Made by a program: the position numbers and the translations under genes
In this document: positions 59,761-64,000 of the stretch, in pieces
Numbering within the stretch: the stretch's first letter is position 1
Layout of the letters: every line of letters begins with the position of its first letter
The notes under the pieces: model-generated
Databases searched by the model: none
What the model was told of the DNA's origin: nothing
The model's input: only the letters and a program-made list of their open reading frames with translations
Source: Octopus sinensis
Lineage: Eukaryota
NCBI RefSeq assembly: GCF_006345805.1
Contig: NC_043009.1
Location: forward strand, 19,468,001 to 19,532,000
Reading direction: 5' to 3'
Length of the DNA: 64,000 nucleotides

Positions 59761-62589
59761 ATAACCCCTTGTAATCTTTAGGATTATGACCATTTTGCTG
59801 CCTTCTTCAGTGGAAGAAATTATAAGCACCACACGTTTGCATCAATATTTATGCTCAGCATTATACACAACAATTGCAGATTCACAAATCAATGCTGACA
59901 AAGAAAGCTAGTTTATCCCACCACTGGAATATCAAGGATGCACCGACAGTTTGACTTAAATCTATTCTGGTGCTCTGAGGAACTAGCTTTCTTTTATTTG
60001 CATTGAATTGCAAATGTACAACTCTATTGTATAATGCTAAGCATGCATCGTAAAGCGAATATGTAAGCATAAGTTCTTTCACAATTAAATTATTACTATA
60101 TGAAAAAGAGTGCAAAACAGCTGTAATCCTATGTAAATCATGTGGTGAAATAAATTCTATTCACCTCTCATACTTTCTGACTTTTATGGTGTAAAGTGCT
60201 CTGTTCATGGCTAACAGTTGTTTTGACTCTTATTTCTAGCAATGTTGCTGCTGATTTGCACCCTTACACACTTTTAGTGATGATTGTATTTGTGCTTTTT
60301 GGTTTTAAATTGCATCAAGGCACTTTAATAATTTATAAATATCTTCATCATCGTCATTTAACGTCTGTTTTCCATGCTGACACTAGTTGGACAGTTTGAC
60401 TGAGGGCTGGCAAGTCAGATGGCTGCACCAGGCTCCAATCTGATCTGGCAAAGTTCCTACAGCTGGATGCCCTTCCTAATGCCAACCACTCCGAGAGTGT
60501 AGTGGGTGCTTTATATGTGCCACCAGTATGAGGGCCAGTCAGGTGGTACTGGCATCAACCACGTTTGAATGGTACTTTTTATGTGCCACCAGCATGGGAG
60601 CCAGTCAGGTGGCACTGGCAACGACCATGCTTGAATGGTACTTTTTATGTACCACCGGCATGGGACCAGTCAGCTAGATACATATATGCTTCAGGCTCGT
60701 GCCATCAGTAATTACTCAGAGTAGGCAGTTGGTGATGTTTGTGTAGTAAAACACCAAAAAAAAAGAAGCACAACACAGGTGCGTGACTAAGTTACAGGTA
60801 GATTTACTTCTGCCTTTATAGCGTGTAAAGAAAACGTTGCAGGAATGTATGCAGCATGTGTACTACAACAGTCCTGTGTATAGTTTTAATACTGAGATTG
60901 AAAAGCAGGGCTAAGTTATACCTAATCTATAAAAAAATAAAATATTGTATTTTATGCATAGTAATCAGAGTAACCTTCATAATTTTATTGAATTAGGTGT
61001 ATATTTTGCCATAAAAGGAAAAATATTACTATCAGTCTATTCAGGGTAAACACTGCCTACCTTGCCTACCTAGGCAGCACGTCCCTGATATATATACATA
61101 TATATATATATTGTGCATGTATCTTTTAGCTTTTACTTGTTTTAGTCATTAGATTGTGGCCATGCAGGGGCACTGCCTTCAAGAATCTTTGTTGAACAAA
61201 TCAATCCCAGTACTTACTTTTTTAAAGCTTGGTACATATTTTGTTGATCTTTTTGTCGACTGTTAAGTTATCGGAATGTAAACACGCCCAACCTGGTTGT
61301 CAAGTGGTGGTAGGGGACAAACACAAACAGAAAGACACACACACACCTGAGTCGGGCTTCTTTTAGTTTCCGTCCATCAAATCCACTCACAAGGCTTCGA
61401 TCACCCTGGGGCTATAGTAGAAGACACTTGCCCAAGATGCCACACAGTGGGACTGAACCCAGAACTATGGAGTTGGGAAGCAAACTGCTTGCCACACAGC
61501 CATATATATATCTAAATGCAGAGATAAACTATCAGCCAGATTCAAAGATAGAACCCGAAAACTCATCGTCACGATCAATGAATCGATTAAAGAATACGCA
61601 CACCCGGGGTTTAGGGTCAGGGTTTTTCTAACACCAAAAACAGGTGGTGTACGTATTCTTTACCTTCGCCTTTAAAAAAAAAATAAAGTAAATAAGAGGA
61701 CTTTATCAGGAGCCAAAACTTGTTTTAGGAATGGATCAGCAAAAGAAGACAATGTTTACTGATTGATGCGAAGAAAGGATATTACGTGGTACAGACGGGG
61801 GGAATAAGGGAACCAAATAAATCTAACGTAATTAATAGGTTCGACTTAATTAGTATCTGGATAATTACGGCTTTAGAAACTTTATATGATAAATAATAAA
61901 GTTATGTAAAAAAAAAAACAAATATGAATACGGTGAAACGAGGGTGTGTATGTGGTGGAAGAAAATGTTAGAAATAGCAAATAACTTTCATATTAAATAA
62001 AGTTTAGTATGTTAAACGGGGGGAAGGACACTTGGCATAACATAGTCCTAGACACTCTGACCAGACGGGATGGTCGCAGTTGGAAATGCTTTAGTTTGTG
62101 CTTAGACAACAATGACATACTGCTAGTATATAACAATCGTTTTCTATACATGAAATACAACAAAAGAAAAAAAGTTACATTTCTGGTACTTTAGTTATTG
62201 CTAAATAAAAATAAATTATTTTCTACAAAAACATGAAATGAAAGAATTTACCAATTCCAAAACACGTGCAGAGTGTGAGATTTGTCTTCCTTGGTTACCG
62301 GTGTAATGTTCCCTCACAAATAAATTTCCACCTCAAACCTGTTACTTGAAAATTTCATTCGTAACTTTCTAATCTGTTGAACATCAAAACTCGCCCCGAA
62401 TCAACTCATCGAGCATTAAAAAAAGCTTCTCGTATTTTAAAACTACATTGAATTTAAATCAATAAATGGTATTTTTTCTTAAGTATAAAAAAATAACACC
62501 AAAACAAATGTAATTTGAAAAATTCAATATGAAACTTGAACTAAAACAATTAAAAGCAAAACTTAAAGCTGAATATTCATTAAAAGCGA

Positions 62590-63292
62590 TGCCGATATAT
62601 TGACCAAAATTACATAGAAATATCTTGAAATACTAAAGAGTACATTTATTCAATAAAATCGTCTTTTGCTTCAACCACAGACGACTTTTGATTCTCCTGC
62701 TACTCTTCTGGGTGATCTCCTTGTTTAAGTTGGTGAATGCTGCCATAATCCTTGCCTTCAGTTCCTCTTTGGTGTTACAAAGAGTTTTGTTGGGCTCCCG
62801 CTCAACTGTGCCCCCTACATAATAATGAAAGGGGTTGCAGTCTAGGAAGTTAGGTGGTCAGATGTTAGAATTGTCTGACAGCCACGACTGGGTTCTCTTG
62901 TTTGTGTGGCTACCTCCTCCAGGCACTTGACTCTGTATTGAGTCTGAGGCCGTGTGAAAAGACGAATGGAGGCATAATGTCACCATCACCAGTGATCACT
63001 CCAAACACGATGATGTCGACTGGATGTTTGATTTCTATCACTCTCGGTACACGTCCTCAGGTTGACATCCAAACACTCTGAAATGTTCGTATTGGAGCTT
63101 CCGGCACAAATTCCAAGCGGCACAACATGTCGTTTCCAAATGTCTGGCCTAGTGAATTGCATCATGGTGCTATTTTTCTCGTAGACACTGCCCAACTGAC
63201 CACACTATATTGTGTCGTTGACAAAACCAAAAAACAAACAATGCGCATGCACGAATTATGAAATGGCAGCAATTTTACCATTGCACCTTATA
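62590..63292 (-). mobile_element. Decayed Tc1/mariner-superfamily (maT/DD37D-like) transposon remnant
   Basis: Minus strand gives PPNFLDCNPFHYYVGGTVE..NKTLCNTKEELKARIMAAFTNLNKE, a degenerate WPPNSPDxNP C-terminus. Confidence 0.7.
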
Positions 63293-64000
63293 TGCGTGTG
63301 TGTGCGCGTGAGTGTGTGTCTGTGTTTGTCCCCCACAACCACTTGGCAACTGGTGTTGGTGTGTTTATATCCCCAGTAACTTAGCAGTTTGGCAAAAGAG
63401 ACTGATAAAATAAAAAGTATCAGGCTTTAAAAGAAAGTTGAGTACTGGGGGTCAAACTGCTTGAAAATTCCTCAAGGCAGTGCTGCCCCAGCATGGTCGC
63501 AGACTTATGACTGAAACAAGTAAAAGATAAAACTGATGTTGAAAGGACTTCTTTAGCAAGTTTTTGCATAAAGCAGTAACAGAACGGAAGAATCTGAACG
63601 CAAAATTCTAGGTTTCAACAATTTCTTTTGTCTGTTGGAAAGTAGTGGACAGAGAATCTTGCAGTATTGGCTGTGGTTCTCTGTGTTCTGAGTTCAAACC
63701 AAACTGAGGTAAAAATTTGTCATCTATCCACTCAGGCACTGATAAATAAAGAACCAACCCAGAACAATAGTTTTGTGGAGTTCTAAGAGTGTTGCATTGG
63801 ATATCTTTCCATATCTGTTTTAGTTCTTTGCATTGTATTCCTATAATAACAGGGGTGCTAAACTGTAAAGGTCTTGGCTGTTTCCTTGGGTAACACCGAT
63901 GGCATTGGAGAGGGCAGATTTGCTGATAACTGTCAGTCATTCATCCATAATCTTATCCGGGCCTCTACAGCCAAACCTGCAAGTCTTCAGGTGCTGATTC

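Noticed and set aside
63608-63940. 110-aa minus-strand ORF at the window end
   Set aside because: Partly SINE-derived and partly perhaps a decayed LINE end; no diagnostic motif could be confirmed.

Overview
AT-rich, repeat-dense animal genomic DNA; the SINE/RTE repeat complement points to a coleoid cephalopod, most likely Octopus. I reconstructed four spliced genes by hand, all with frame-consistent junctions: (1) MOCS1A/MoaA GTP 3',8-cyclase (+, 8 coding exons, 1558-14049; first exon not found in the window), ending in the canonical ...NRPMVLIGG*, with no recognisable MOCS1B/MoaC downstream; (2) an unrecognised 2-exon type-I membrane protein (-, 25162-24469 + 16139-15868); (3) CCDC24 (+, 32862-39735); (4) TTC4/Cns1 (-, 54060-39824), whose stop lies 88 nt from the CCDC24 stop and which contains a 101-nt U12-type intron with AT-AT termini. 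Mobile DNA: a young 5'-truncated CR1/L2-group LINE, a young RTE LINE with a PHD-like finger inside its ORF, decayed mariner, Tc1 and maT-like transposons, a solo LTR, several MITEs and many SINE copies. The most unusual item is a ~460-bp head-to-head palindrome in a MOCS1 intron. Each arm is a tRNA-derived Pol III head joined to a Penelope-type minimal hammerhead ribozyme, and related hammerhead relics occur in CCDC24 and TTC4 introns. All calls were made by eye; no database search or folding was run.
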